A stretch of 64,000 bases of DNA, taken from NCBI GenBank assembly GCA_035084275.1, contig CM068743.1, positions 44,392,001 through 44,456,000 of the forward strand. Direction: 5' to 3'. The translations under genes and the position numbers were made by a program. This DNA comes from Hydrolagus colliei (lineage: Eukaryota). The notes under the pieces are model-generated. The model was not told the DNA's origin. It saw only the letters and a program-made list of their open reading frames with translations, and did not search any database. Of this stretch, positions 25,945 through 37,748 are shown piece by piece (the first letter of the stretch is position 1; each line of letters begins with the position of its first letter).

Positions 25945-26320
25945 CATTAGTCTTCTAGCTCAGTGATTAAAGCACTCACCTCACAATCCAGAGACCTGGG
26001 TTCAATTCCCCAGCAGGGCAGAATGTTAGGCATGTTTCCTTAATCCACACACCTCTGTTTAGCAGTAAGTAGGAAGAAGGTTGCTAGTTGATTGACGGAT
26101 CGCTTTTCCGGGATTAATAATTCCTTCAAAAAACATTGTCACTTAATTCATAACTGTTTGTAGGATACTTCTGTACACAATTGGCTGTCATGTTTCGTTC
26201 ACAAAATATACAGTAAACTCTCTTGACAGTGTGTTCTGCGAACCACTTTGAGATGCCTCGAAGACGTGAAAGGAACTATATGAAATACAAGGATAATTCT
26301 TATTATTATTGTTATTATTA
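25945..26320 (+). mobile_element. Main SINE, long subfamily, full length
   Basis: Head, extended CORE-like block, Deu-like block and tail are all visible. Confidence 0.85.
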
Positions 26321-26809
26321 CACCTTTCAGACTCTGCTCTGGGGAACACTTTCCCTAAATCCCTTCATCTCTCCCTCCGTCTCTGCTTTCAAAAATAATT
26401 CTAAATGATGTTTACCCTCTCAAACAGCTACAATCTAGCCCTATCTATTTCCCACCTTTCAGGTTCCTAAGCTGTCTGGATAAATGTTGGAGAGCTGATG
26501 TCCTTTGTTGAGAGTGATCTCTAATATGTGATGTAGCTGATTTGTTGATATTTGAACCAATAAAGTTGACTTGTTAATTCACAAACTGTGACTATTGTTG
26601 ACTGTTTCTTCTGTATCACCCCGGTATACACAATAATATAAAGAAATGGGTTGGAGTATACAGTATTCAGGATTTTAACATAGTCCAAAGATTCAATTGC
26701 TCCTATCCTGTGCTACCATTAATTATTTCCTGTATCTATTATGTATGTTGCCTGACGGTCGCCAGGGATTATAATAAATAATACTATAAATACTGTACCT
26801 AATATGAAC

Positions 26810-27240
26810 TTCTTTGAGCTGAACTTGCTTCAAAGTGACAATGCTGACAATGGATGTTGGAAATCGAGCCAACCCTTTGTGGTGGTCTCGGTATTCTGGT
26901 TCCTGAGCCAGGCGCGTTCACGATATTCCCGGGCACTTCTGATGACAGCACAGCCAACCTGGTTCATCGGCAGGACCTAGAAAAGTACATCAGCCGCTGG
27001 GAGTCATCCCAAGCAGCTGCTGTTAACCCTGCAAACCAAAGCCCTGAGTGGTACGTTGGTCCTATCTGGGCAACCAGTGGAAAAGCTTGCCGAACAGCAA
27101 TATCAAAGGGAAGCTATGCAGTATTAGCTGGTTCACCTCCAGCAGGACCCCCAACACACACTATGGAGTCCCCACATCTTGGCTCTTGCCAATCTGTACC
27201 TACTACTATCTGGAATTCGGTAAGCAGGATGTGTCCTTCC
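26810..27240. repeat. Unclassified interspersed repeat, copy 2 of 3 (overlaps 156-codon ORF on +)
   Basis: gtggtggtctcggta...gttcctga...gggcacttctgatgacagcacagcca is shared with copies 1 and 3. Confidence 0.75.
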
Positions 27241-27921
27241 AGAAAGCGTACCGATTGCCCATGTGTCAGACACCCAGCTAAAAGTAAACTGACAAAAATA
27301 CAGATTTTCATCTTGGTATTGTGATTGAAAAAAAATTGTACAAAGTAAGTTCACTATCCTTCATTAGAATCATATATTGATCATAGGTAATAGTGGTCCA
27401 TTCACTATCATTATGTCTTTGCTGATGCAATTTCTTATTACTGTGTAAAGATTTTCAGTGATCAATGTATGATTGACTCTGTTGAGGATATTGCAGGATA
27501 AAATTCTATACAGCAAGTATGAACTTTCTGCATGGATCTGATAAAAAATGTTCAAATTAATATAATATAAATTAACATTCTATCTTTACAAATCTACAAA
27601 TGCCAAATTCTTTGAGTTCCAAAGAACAGATATACAAACCATTGTGTTTGAAATAGTTTTTCATGTCATGAGTATATTTCAGATTACTTCACACAATATA
27701 CTGTAAATTACAGTGGTTATGTATTTTGCAGGCAAACGCAGCAGCTAATTTGTATGCAATAATATCCCAGAACCTGCCATGAAGTGAATGACCACAAGTT
27801 GCATTTACAATATTTAGCACCCTTCATACAGGATAGTATCGTATAGTGCTGCAATGTACAGCTGCACATATGGATTACCATGCCTCACCACCACCTCCTA
27901 GGAATGTTTGACTATTGAGAT

Positions 27922-28146
27922 CACAATAAAAAAGCCTGTTTATTTGTGACCCGATCAACCGTAACTTTTGTATAACTGGCACCTCGTATAAAAAATCCAC
28001 ATTCAATTAACCGGAATTTATTCGGCACAATGTATTATCACTTTTTTAAAAAAAATTGGTGTGTTTTTGGCCGAATATCCAGCACACTCTTTAACCAGCA
28101 TCAGTCAGGAACAGAGGGTGCTGGATAAACGGTTTCTTTTACTGTA
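27922..28146. mobile_element. Tigger-like MITE (~225 bp)
   Basis: Right end gggtgctggataaacggtttcttttactgta; degenerate left end acaataaaaaagcctgtttat. Confidence 0.65.
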
Positions 28147-28544
28147 CTATGAGAGATGTGTGCTTTGTTTCCTTTTGGTCAGCAGTGGTTGATAGTTGGC
28201 ACAGTGCAGTGGGGGCTTGGGGTTGGGTGGGGGGAGCGGGCACGGGAGAGTAGTGGTGTGGTGAGCACAGAAATCAAATTGAGGATAGGCACTCTAAGAA
28301 GATGTTTCATTTTGTGAGGCTCTCATAGATGCAGCACATTAACAGAATGGGTGTATGATGCAGTCTGGCTGTGCCCCACAAAAAGCTGTTCTAATAATTA
28401 TTGAGACAGAGTGAGCACCAAATATTCACAGTCTGTCAATCAGAATCTTGTATGATATAGTTTCAGTATTTATGGCCATTGCATCATTGGTCATCATATA
28501 ATATCTGTTTGGGGTTTGATGCTTATCGCAATGAACAAACTAAC

Positions 28545-28912
28545 AATAATAATAATCCCTGAATTTGATATATGGCCGCATCACATCGCTGTGGCATCTC
28601 AAAGCACTTCACAGAATATGTATTGTAAAGTGGATTGACTGTATTTTTTTTGTGTGGTCGAAATGTGGTAGCCATTTGCACACAGCAGTTTCCCATAAAC
28701 AGTTGTGGATTGATTGACCACATTTTTTTTAGGGATTATTACCCATGGAAAGCAATCTGACAATCAACTAACAACCAAGTTCCTACTTACTGCTGGGTAA
28801 ACAGAGGTGTGTGGAGTAAGGAAACTTGCCTAAGTTTTTGCCCCACCCGGGAAACAAATCATTTTCCTCTTGTTTGTGGAGCGGCATGCTGAGCACAACA
28901 CTACAGGACTCC
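28545..28912 (-). mobile_element. Main SINE, long subfamily
   Basis: Tail at left, ctacaggactcc head at right, extended CORE-like block present. Confidence 0.85.
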
Positions 28913-30019
28913 ATAAAGCAATAATTTAGGAAAAAATGCTGGTCATAAAATTGTGATAGTATTACGCAAGGTTTTGCATTAATTTGTTTGATTATTTATT
29001 TCTGTGCATTAAAGACAATTACTGCAGGGAGAGATGCACTATCATTATGGTGCAATAAAACTCCACATGACATTCAGAATAATGAGCACAAGTCAAGTAT
29101 CTGGAACAAATAGTTGCAGAAACAGTCAAGTACTCAATGTGAAATGCTGTCCAGCCAAAATCTGATGCATTAGAGAATTTCAATATTGCAGTCCCCCTGC
29201 TAAGCACTCAATCTTAAAATCAAAACTACCTACTGCCAATATACAAATGGTAGCTGCAATCTTCCCATCACTACTGAAGGTGCCAAGTAATGTTGACACA
29301 ATGACTGTTTTGAATAATCTCAAGAGGATTCATCAGTCTAGGGTAAATTTCACCCATCATCCAAATGAAACAGTCAATTGTCACTGGAGCAATGGTGTTC
29401 ATAAAGGCAGATGGAAGAACAGTATTAAGGAGATGACAGAATCATTGCCTTGCTGCACTGCCAGCAGTTGGTAATGAGGCTGCTTCAACTTGCTTCTATC
29501 AGGCTAATCTTGCTGCCTCTTCTGAACTGAGAGGTTCTGCCATACAACCCGTGTCTGCCTCAATGAGATTCAGCTAAAAACATGCCAACTAGAAAGCAGA
29601 CACCCGCCACTTCTGCCTTTGTTTTTCCACTGTTCCAAAGAGACAACAATGAGAATGAGATGGAAATCATGAGGAGAATTGTTTCATTGTTGTTTTTCTG
29701 GAACTGAAACCAATTTCAAAGCAGTATCACCATGGAGTAAGGATAATTGATGTAGAAGATGAAGGGGAAGATAAACCAAAATAAACACAGTAATAAAGAT
29801 CCCTGCTGGGTCTATTGCACCTAAGTACTGAATTCAGCTTTAATTAGGGAGAGGTAATTAGGGTCACTGTGTAGTTTAACTGGTACCTACAGCAAGAGTT
29901 AGCATTTTATTTCGGATGCAGGGACATTTCCGTATGAAGGTAGAGACAAACCCAACTGACCAAAAAAAAATTGGGAAATGATTTTTAAATAAAATAAATT
30001 GTTTACTGGTTATTTTCTT

Positions 30020-30238
30020 CATATAACTCATATATGCCAGATAACTGCTTTTAAAGGATTATATTCCCAGAGCAGTAATCTGCCAATTGACGAACAATTG
30101 GGTTTCTACTTAATGCTAGGTAAACAAAGGTGACAGAGCTAAGGAAACTTGCCCAATGCAGTATTTTGCCGTGCCAGGGATAGAACCCAGATCTCTCATT
30201 TGCAAGGCGAGTGCTCTAACTACTAAGATAAGGACTCA
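30020..30238 (-). mobile_element. Main SINE, long subfamily, 5' half
   Basis: ttgcaaggcgagtgctctaac head and aaggaaacttgccc motif. Confidence 0.8.
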
Positions 30239-32414
30239 GTTTAAATGCAATATTATTGACATATGTAGCAAAGATACCATACAAGTGGGTCTCTGAGCTA
30301 AAATAATGGATAAGGTAAGCACTGATTGTCCCTGGGACATTGGTCACTGAACAGCAAAACTGGAGACCTGAAATTCTGTATTTGGAATTTCCATATCCTG
30401 AAAGAAAACAGATTATATTGTATTGAGTTTCTTCCTAATATACTCCATCCTCTCCAGTTGGTATTCCAGTGAGATCTCACTTAAAAGATAATCCCCATCT
30501 ACAAAATAGAATGGTTTGAGCAGCCATGTTATTTACAAGTAAAGGTATTTTGTTCAAAGGTCATTGAAGCCCTTCAGGTAGCCATTTGTTTGCATCTAAC
30601 TTTAATCACAACCTGTGCACGTTTGCAGCATTTAACAAAAAATCAGCAGTCAAGCTTATAATCAGCAGTAAAGCAGTGCTCAGCTGCAACAATCACAGTT
30701 TAACACTTTAACAAGCTGAAAACAAGTCTCTTGACACTCATAATACACCAGCACCACTGTTAGAAACATAGGCACATAGAAACAGGAGAAACAAATTCAG
30801 CTTCTCAAGCCTGCTTCAGCACAAACTATTCCATGGTTCATGTGTAAGAATCTTCTGCTTATTCAGCTTTCACCTTTCTGCCATATCACTTTTTACACTT
30901 CAAATAATCCATTATTCTCCTGAATCCCACAAATAATTTCTTATTGACAGTTTTGGAGGAAAAGACATTCCAAAAACTTTTACTCTGCAAAAAGGAATAT
31001 TTCCACCATCTCAAACTTGCCTGTTTTGCCTGAATCTTAAGATTATGCCATCTTTTACCTAATGGACCTAATACTAGATACTGTCTAATTTATGGAAATA
31101 TTTTTATATCTTATAATATAATAAGAATTCTTGCATTCTTTACCACGCCACCAAGACATCACAAGGTTTTCTGTGAAGTGTACTGACTATGTATTTTGTG
31201 GGTGAATGCGTCAGCCAATTTGCATCCACCAACTTCTATGGAGTGAGTGACCATTTTTTTGTTCATGAAGGATTGTTGCTCAGGAGAAACTCTCTTTTCT
31301 TTTTGAATACTGCCATGGAGGCTTTAAATTCTTCCTGAACAGGCAGACTGGACCTTGGTTTGACATCTCATCAGTAGGATTTTGGATGAAAATCATGACA
31401 TCCAATTGTTTTACCCCCTATAATTTCTCCACTACAATATTTCTGTTTTCCATGATCTTCTTTAGTGTATCTTCACTACACTTTACAGCAAGTATTCTAG
31501 AAGGATAAGATCAGAAAGGCAAATGGGCCTTCTTCATCCAAAGTAATCTTATGATTGTTCTTGCATCTATAGTGCATCATTAACTCTTTCTACCACAAAA
31601 TGATAGAGGTAATGGGGAGGATGATTGGTACTGATGCTGGTAGAGATTAGCTAGCAAGGATTGCGGTAAAGGCTGTGAAAAACTCTGTTGAGATTAATTA
31701 GAAGTTATGGATGATTAGTTAGGGAGGCAGTTATGAGAGCTTTGGAGAGATCTAGCCCTAAGATGATTGAAACCATGGAAAAGTGTTTTGGGTGTGGACT
31801 CGGTGAGATAAGAAGGTTGATGTGGATACAGGACTATGTATCATATTTAAAATTTAGCTTGGGGTCAGATAAACATTGGCTCAGTCACCCAGAAAAGCAA
31901 CCATACATAAGGCTCTGTCCGGTTAATCTATTCAGGAGTCTGTGTCAAAGGAAAAAATGCCAATGGCACTGGCAAGAGCTGAAGAAAATAGTTTCATAAA
32001 GGACAGTAGGTAATATCCGTGTAAAATAATAACTGAGGCAATAACTATTCAATGTATCGATAAAGACTTCTACTCATTTGTTGAACGTATTAATTACTGA
32101 TATAAAGTACCTCTCTGTCTAAATATAGATGCTTGCTTCACATTCTGGAGACTTACTTGTAATTACCAACTTGAAGAAAATGTTCTATTTAAAGATGATG
32201 CCAATTATTAAGTTAGATACACCGTAGAGTCGTTGATGACAAAAAGACAAAAATAACATGTCAACCAAGAATTCAGTTTGAAATAATGTGCCAAATGAGG
32301 CTGAGGACTCAGTGATCAATTGACACTTATAGAGAGATGGTGAAATGTGTCACATTTTAGGCATATCTGAGTGGATAACATGCAATTTTGATAATTTCCC
32401 CGTCAATTTAATTG

Positions 32415-32701
32415 CAGATAAATCATCCAAGATTACGTAAGTAATTTAAACATTAAAAGCAAACTGGAACAGGAGCACGGAATAGATTTAAAATGGGAGA
32501 GAATGGGTTAAAAAATTTAAACGGTGAGACGGTGGGATAGTAGGTTAGCACACTAGCCTGTCAATGTTGAAACATGGATTCAATACTACCCAGTATGGGA
32601 TGACATTTTTCTCTATCTTTTGACTCTCTGTAAAATTAGTTTGGGCAGTTTTAACATAGTTAGTGGTGTCTGTGACTCAGCTTAAACGTGCCTTCAGTTC
32701 A
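32415..32701 (+). repeat. Local duplicate of 35153-35442
   Basis: About 290 bp, roughly 90-95% identical by eye; begins cagataaatcatccaagattacgtaagt. Confidence 0.95.
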
Positions 32702-33848
32702 CCTTTCTACCCCTGCCCCTAGCTTGGTCCTGGGATCCGCTATTGTGAAGCACTCTGAGACGCCGTCCGGCATGAAGGGCACTATATAAATTGAAGTTGT
32801 GTTGTTGTTGTTACATGCTACCCCTTGGTAGCATCATCCGCAGACATGGGGTAAATTTCCACATGAACGTGGGTGATATCCAACTCTATCTACTTCCACC
32901 CTCAATTCCAGGACTACTGGTGTCCTGACAGACTGTTTGTCAAACATCAAGTCCCAGATGAGGGAAAACTTTCTTCAGGTGAATGTCAGCAAAATCGAGA
33001 TTCTACCGATTGGCTCGCGCCAATGTCTCCGCACCTCAGCCACTGGCAGCATCAGCATTTGCATCCACAGATACACACTCCAACTAACCAAGCCAGGCAC
33101 GAACCAGGGCATCTTGTTCGACCCTCAGCTGTCCTGTATCCCCTATACCCATGCCAAGAGCAGCTCTACCTTCCACCATCTCCGCAACATCACCCGTCTC
33201 TCACTGCCTCACCCCTCAGGCCGCTGAAACCCATACACATGCATTTGTCACCTCAAGGCTCGAATACTGCAACTCCCTCCTTGTCGGTCTCCCCAACTCT
33301 TTCCTCCACGAGCTGTAGATCATCCAAAACTGCAGCTCCTGTTTTCTCTTGCACCAGGCTCCATGACTCCATCACCACCCCCTCAACTGGCTCCACTGCC
33401 TTCCCATCATTCAGAGAATAGAATTCAGAATTGCCGTCCATAATTTCAAGGCCTTCCACGGCCTTGCTCCCTCCCCACTCTCCGATCTGATGGCTCCCTA
33501 TCAACCTGCCCACTCCCTCCTTTTGGTAGGCTCTGCCCTGCTCCATGACTGCTGCCTGACCTGCCCTACCATCAGTGGGTGGAATTTCAGCCTCTCTGTC
33601 CCCACCCTTTGGAACCTGTCTCACGATCCCTTTGCCTTGTTCCTTCCCTTGCCTCCTTCAAGACCTGATTCAAGACCCTCCTTTTTGACCATGGTTTCAG
33701 CTGCCTTCCTACCTCTCTGCCCTCCCTCATTTCAAACGTGCGCCCCCACCTACAATGCTCGGGTCCTGACCCATAACTGTTCAGCGCCTTGGGCCATCTT
33801 CCTGATGTGAAAGACGCACTACGGATGTAATTTGGATGTTGTTGTTGT
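32702..33848 (+). mobile_element. L2 tail (32702-32812) followed by an older L2 3' fragment (32814-33848)
   Basis: Two L2-type tails ending in (gtt)n; decayed ORF2 motifs (NFLQVNVSKIE, FHHLRNITRL). Confidence 0.85.
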
Positions 33849-34800
33849 AATATCTTTCCTAATTTCAAAATAAGAATTAATCTAATATCATACTGCATGA
33901 TGCATGTGTCTAGGGATAAATATTTGAGTTATAAACAACACAACGTGTTTTGCTGAATTGTCACATTACAATCTTAAAAGTGCTATAATCGAGAACTATA
34001 TACATTTTGACACAAAACGTCTGTTCTTGCTGTAATTTACATTTTAAATTGTGTATATTTGAAATACCTTGGGAACAGGGGTTTTGCACTGAATATTCCA
34101 ACAGGACATCATGGCATTTTCTTCCAGCAACAACATGAATGAGAAATGTTGCCTTTATATTGTCACTGTGGCAAAAATGACAAGAGGGAGCGTGACACAA
34201 AATATTTATTCCCAGACTGCTCCAAATTCATCATTCCACAACCTCCATTAGATTATCTGACGGCTTTGAATATGTAATGAGACTGGCTTTCAGGTTGTGT
34301 CTCTGCTTGTTAACACATTTCACATTTGGTAATTAAGAAAATAAAAAATAAAGGGACGAGGTTAAAACACACAGGAAGCTTGGGGGAGAAGTATTTTGTC
34401 AACAAATAAAAGCGAATACTGTGTATTTATATATTGTCCAATTTCATTTTACAGTAATGAAAAAGTCACTGTAAAAGCAGAGGTATATTCCTTGATCAGA
34501 TTTAAATTGTGTCATGGTTCTAAAGAACTGAAGTACAATAATCCACTAGAGCAACCAATTATTTCCATAAGAGCCTTTGACATCCACACAACTACAGTAG
34601 GTGACGTACCATATTATGTGTTGGTATCCTTAGGCAGGCATCTCACTCTTCTTTAAGAGGTTTGGTTTCAAGTATCTGAACACAGCATTTTAGATAACTT
34701 GCTTTGATCCAAAGAGTCAGATTTGAAGTATTTCTTTTTTCATGGTTATTGGGTACAAAACTTCAAAAGAGAAATGTATGTTTTTTTTGTAAATTTTCAG

Positions 34801-34907
34801 AAAATTGCCACTGTTGTACTGATTTAGCAACTGATTTCTTGCTCAGGAAAAAAATTACTCAGTTCAAGGGCAATGGCCTTTTACGAGTACACTGCTTTGT
34901 TAGAGAG
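34801..34907 (+). other. Candidate exon A (107 nt)
   Basis: ttttttttgtaaattttcag acceptor, GAG|gtatga donor, one open frame. Confidence 0.3.
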
Positions 34908-34999
34908 GTATGAGACATTGAAATTATGAGCTTCCCTGTGACAGTGCAGAATTATAGGTACATCATGTAAATTTAGGTAACAATTTTGGTTTCTTACAG

Positions 35000-35060
35000 A
35001 TTCTATCCGACTTAGTTTGGATGAATCTTCTACCAAGTGGGGTTGTAAATTTCAACATCA
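35000..35060 (+). other. Candidate exon B (61 nt)
   Basis: ttttggtttcttacag acceptor, TCA|gtgagt donor; 92-nt intron from exon A. Confidence 0.4.
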
Positions 35061-35155
35061 GTGAGTAACAAAGATATAAAAAAAACTTTGAAACCCACAA
35101 ACAATTCTTGCTGATTTGTCAGGTTTACTCAATAACCTTAGGCATAATTTTTCAG

Positions 35156-35174
35156 ATAAATCATCCAAGATTAC
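35156..35174 (+). other. Candidate microexon C (19 nt)
   Basis: aatttttcag acceptor, TAC|gtaagt donor; 95-nt intron from exon B. Confidence 0.35.
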
Positions 35175-35261
35175 GTAAGTAATTCAAACATTAGAAGGAA
35201 ACTGGAACAGGAGCATGGAATAGATTTCAAATGGGAGAGATTGGGTTAAAAAATTTAAACG

Positions 35262-35600
35262 GTGAGAGGGTGGGATAGTAGGTTAGCAAACTAGCCTGTC
35301 AATGTTGAGACATGGATTCAATACTACCCAGATTGATGGGATGATATTTTTCTCTATCTGTTGACTCTCTGTGAAATTAGTTTGGGCAGTCTCAACATAG
35401 TTAGTGGTGTCTGTGACTCAGCTTACACATGCCTTCAGTTCAGCACTAAAATAGCAATCTGACTCAGGGAGACCAAAGGATGACTGATTGGGCTAAAGAA
35501 ATATGTTAAACTGATGCATGAAGATGACTCTTCTGTGGTTGGCACTGGGTTGCATCAGTTCACTCTGCGGCAGACTGTGCTGTACCTGAAAGTGCTTGAC
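35262..35600 (+). mobile_element. LF-SINE-like ancient SINE relic
   Basis: Degraded tRNA head, then tgtgaaattagtttgggcagtctca, gcactaa, ggagaccaaagga and gtgctgtacctg in the order recalled from the LF-SINE consensus. Confidence 0.55.
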
Positions 35601-37084
35601 AGAGACCCAATTTACCTGGAATTGGAAAGTGAAGCTCTATGTCATATTCAGTAACCTGCAAATTGCAACAACATCCAACAACAAAATTACATTTATAGAG
35701 TGCCCTTCACGTCAGGAGGACTTCCCAAGCAACTGTATTTGATTAAAATATAACAGTTTGGGGAAAAAATCTATGAGAGAAATCTTATAATTCAGGGATG
35801 GGTCCATTTTCTTTTATATATAATATATCTATGTACGTATGTTGTCTTCCTATGGACTGCAAAATATTAAAGTGTAGCAAACTGCATAGGAGCTGCACAA
35901 ATACACAGATACATAAATTTTGCCCCCAAACAGACCACAGATATTTAAAAAGTGTAAATAAGTATACCCTTAAGACAATCATTCCACCACCACCACCATC
36001 AGTCTCGCATAACAATGCACCAGTAATATGCAGCAGTGATCTTCAAAGGTGAAGCTTATTTATATTCGCAAAAAACTGGATTATTTGTGAAGGTAATTAA
36101 GCCTCACCTATGATCTTCCACCACCACAACCAACAATAACAACTTAGATTTATATAGTGCCCTCCATGCCGGACGTTGTCTTAGAGCATCATCATAGCTG
36201 GATCCAAGTATATTTCACGCTGTTGAAATGATATAACTCCAATGGATAAGAGTCCTTGCCTTAGGCAGGTAAAACATTTCAGTTTTTTTATATTCCTGGT
36301 TAGATTTGGCTTATGGCATCAATTGAGAAGGTGACAGAAGGTTGTTTCTTGGCCCTCTGCCAAGAATGCAGTTATATTCGTCATAACTTCTTCCTTGCCT
36401 TAAGAGTAGCTTACCTGCTGCTTTCTTGAATCTTCCACAAAATTCCACCCATCTAGAATGCTGATGAAAGTTTCCATCTGCCCCATTTATGAGGAATGTG
36501 TTACTGTATTATTTTGAACCTTGGGATATAGAGTAGTTGTGGAAAACAGTAACAAAAATATTTCTATTCACCAGGGATTTCACAGGCAAGTTGTGAATTG
36601 TCTAGTTGTGCGTGGGGTGGGGCGAGGGTGGTAGTAGATCAACATAAACAAAACCAGGAAAGTGAAACAGAAAAGTGTCCTGAGAATCCTAGTGTTTATC
36701 TGGCAGATGTTGGACAACATTTAAGGTGGATCCACAAGTCTAGCTCATGGAAGGGAATGGTGTGATGCCTGGGATCACCATGCAACTCCGACCAGCCAAT
36801 TGTTTCCACACCTCATAAAGGAATTTCCTCACCCATTCATCCGAACCAAATACCATTTCTCGTGATTTTAACAGGAAGGTCACCATATCCAGAGATGGGA
36901 TTTGAGAAGTTTGTTGTTCTGAAGACTTGTTTTGTATCTAATAAATGTATCTACTGGTATCTGGAATCCAGGAACAAAATTCACATACTACCTCTAGTAG
37001 GATGCACACAGCTTCTGCAATTCCGGAGAATATTCAGTACTGGTTGGAGAAAGCCTTAAGGAACCCAGACTACGCTGAAGTTTA

Positions 37085-37320
37085 ACAAGGTAAAACCAGA
37101 TAGTTTGCCATGGGAATGCCGCTGTCTGGCAAGCATTTCTGCTGCGTGTCCTGTGCGGACCACCCTACCAGAGCTGAATGGAAAAAATCCTGCCTCCAGC
37201 AACGATTCTACCCCTCAAATTTCTGCCAACAGTTCAGACTGGCTGGTCTATCATCAGCAGTGCCCTGGAGTACTGCAGACTTGCCGCGCTCAGGAAGATA
37301 GCTACTGAGACCGCCATAAC
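37085..37320. repeat. Unclassified interspersed repeat, copy 3 of 3 (inverted; may extend left)
   Basis: Reverse complement tggcggtctcagtagc...ttcctgag...tactccagggcactgctgatgatagaccagccagtctg matches 12057-12130. Confidence 0.75.
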
Positions 37321-37456
37321 GTTAACTAATAATTCATGATTAATGAGGATTAAGAGTCTAATAAAATTCAATAGCAGAGATTAAACATAACTATGAGAAG
37401 GGGAAAGAGGATTGCAAAAAGAAGCAAGAAATATCCAAAGGTATTTTCATTTTTAG

Positions 37457-37748
37457 TAATAATAATAATCCTTGCATTTGATACAGCACTTTTCATGTCT
37501 TCTAGATATCTCATAGCATATGCTGTGACATGAACTGACTGTATATTTGTGATTTAAAGCAATTGTGCAGAGCAAAGTCCCACAAACAGTAATGGATTGA
37601 AATGACCAAATTTATTATTGTTTATTTTTTGAGAAATTAGTATTAGGTGGAGTAAGGAAACTTGTCCAAGGTTTTACCCTTCCTGGAATTGAACACAGGT
37701 CTCTCACTTGCAAGGTGAGTGCTCTAATCACTGAGATACAGGACACTA
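37457..37748 (-). mobile_element. Main SINE, full length
   Basis: Complete reverse-complement match to the family. Confidence 0.9.

Noticed and set aside
27114-27311. Signal-peptide-like small ORF MKICIFVSLLLAGC
   Set aside because: It overlaps the decayed repeat copy, the paralogous copies do not keep this frame, and there is no other support.
21012-28146. A 7-kb composite transposon bounded by inward-facing TIRs
   Set aside because: Both are the same end of one MITE family in opposite orientation. The 28-kb copy has its own left end, and no transposase lies between them.
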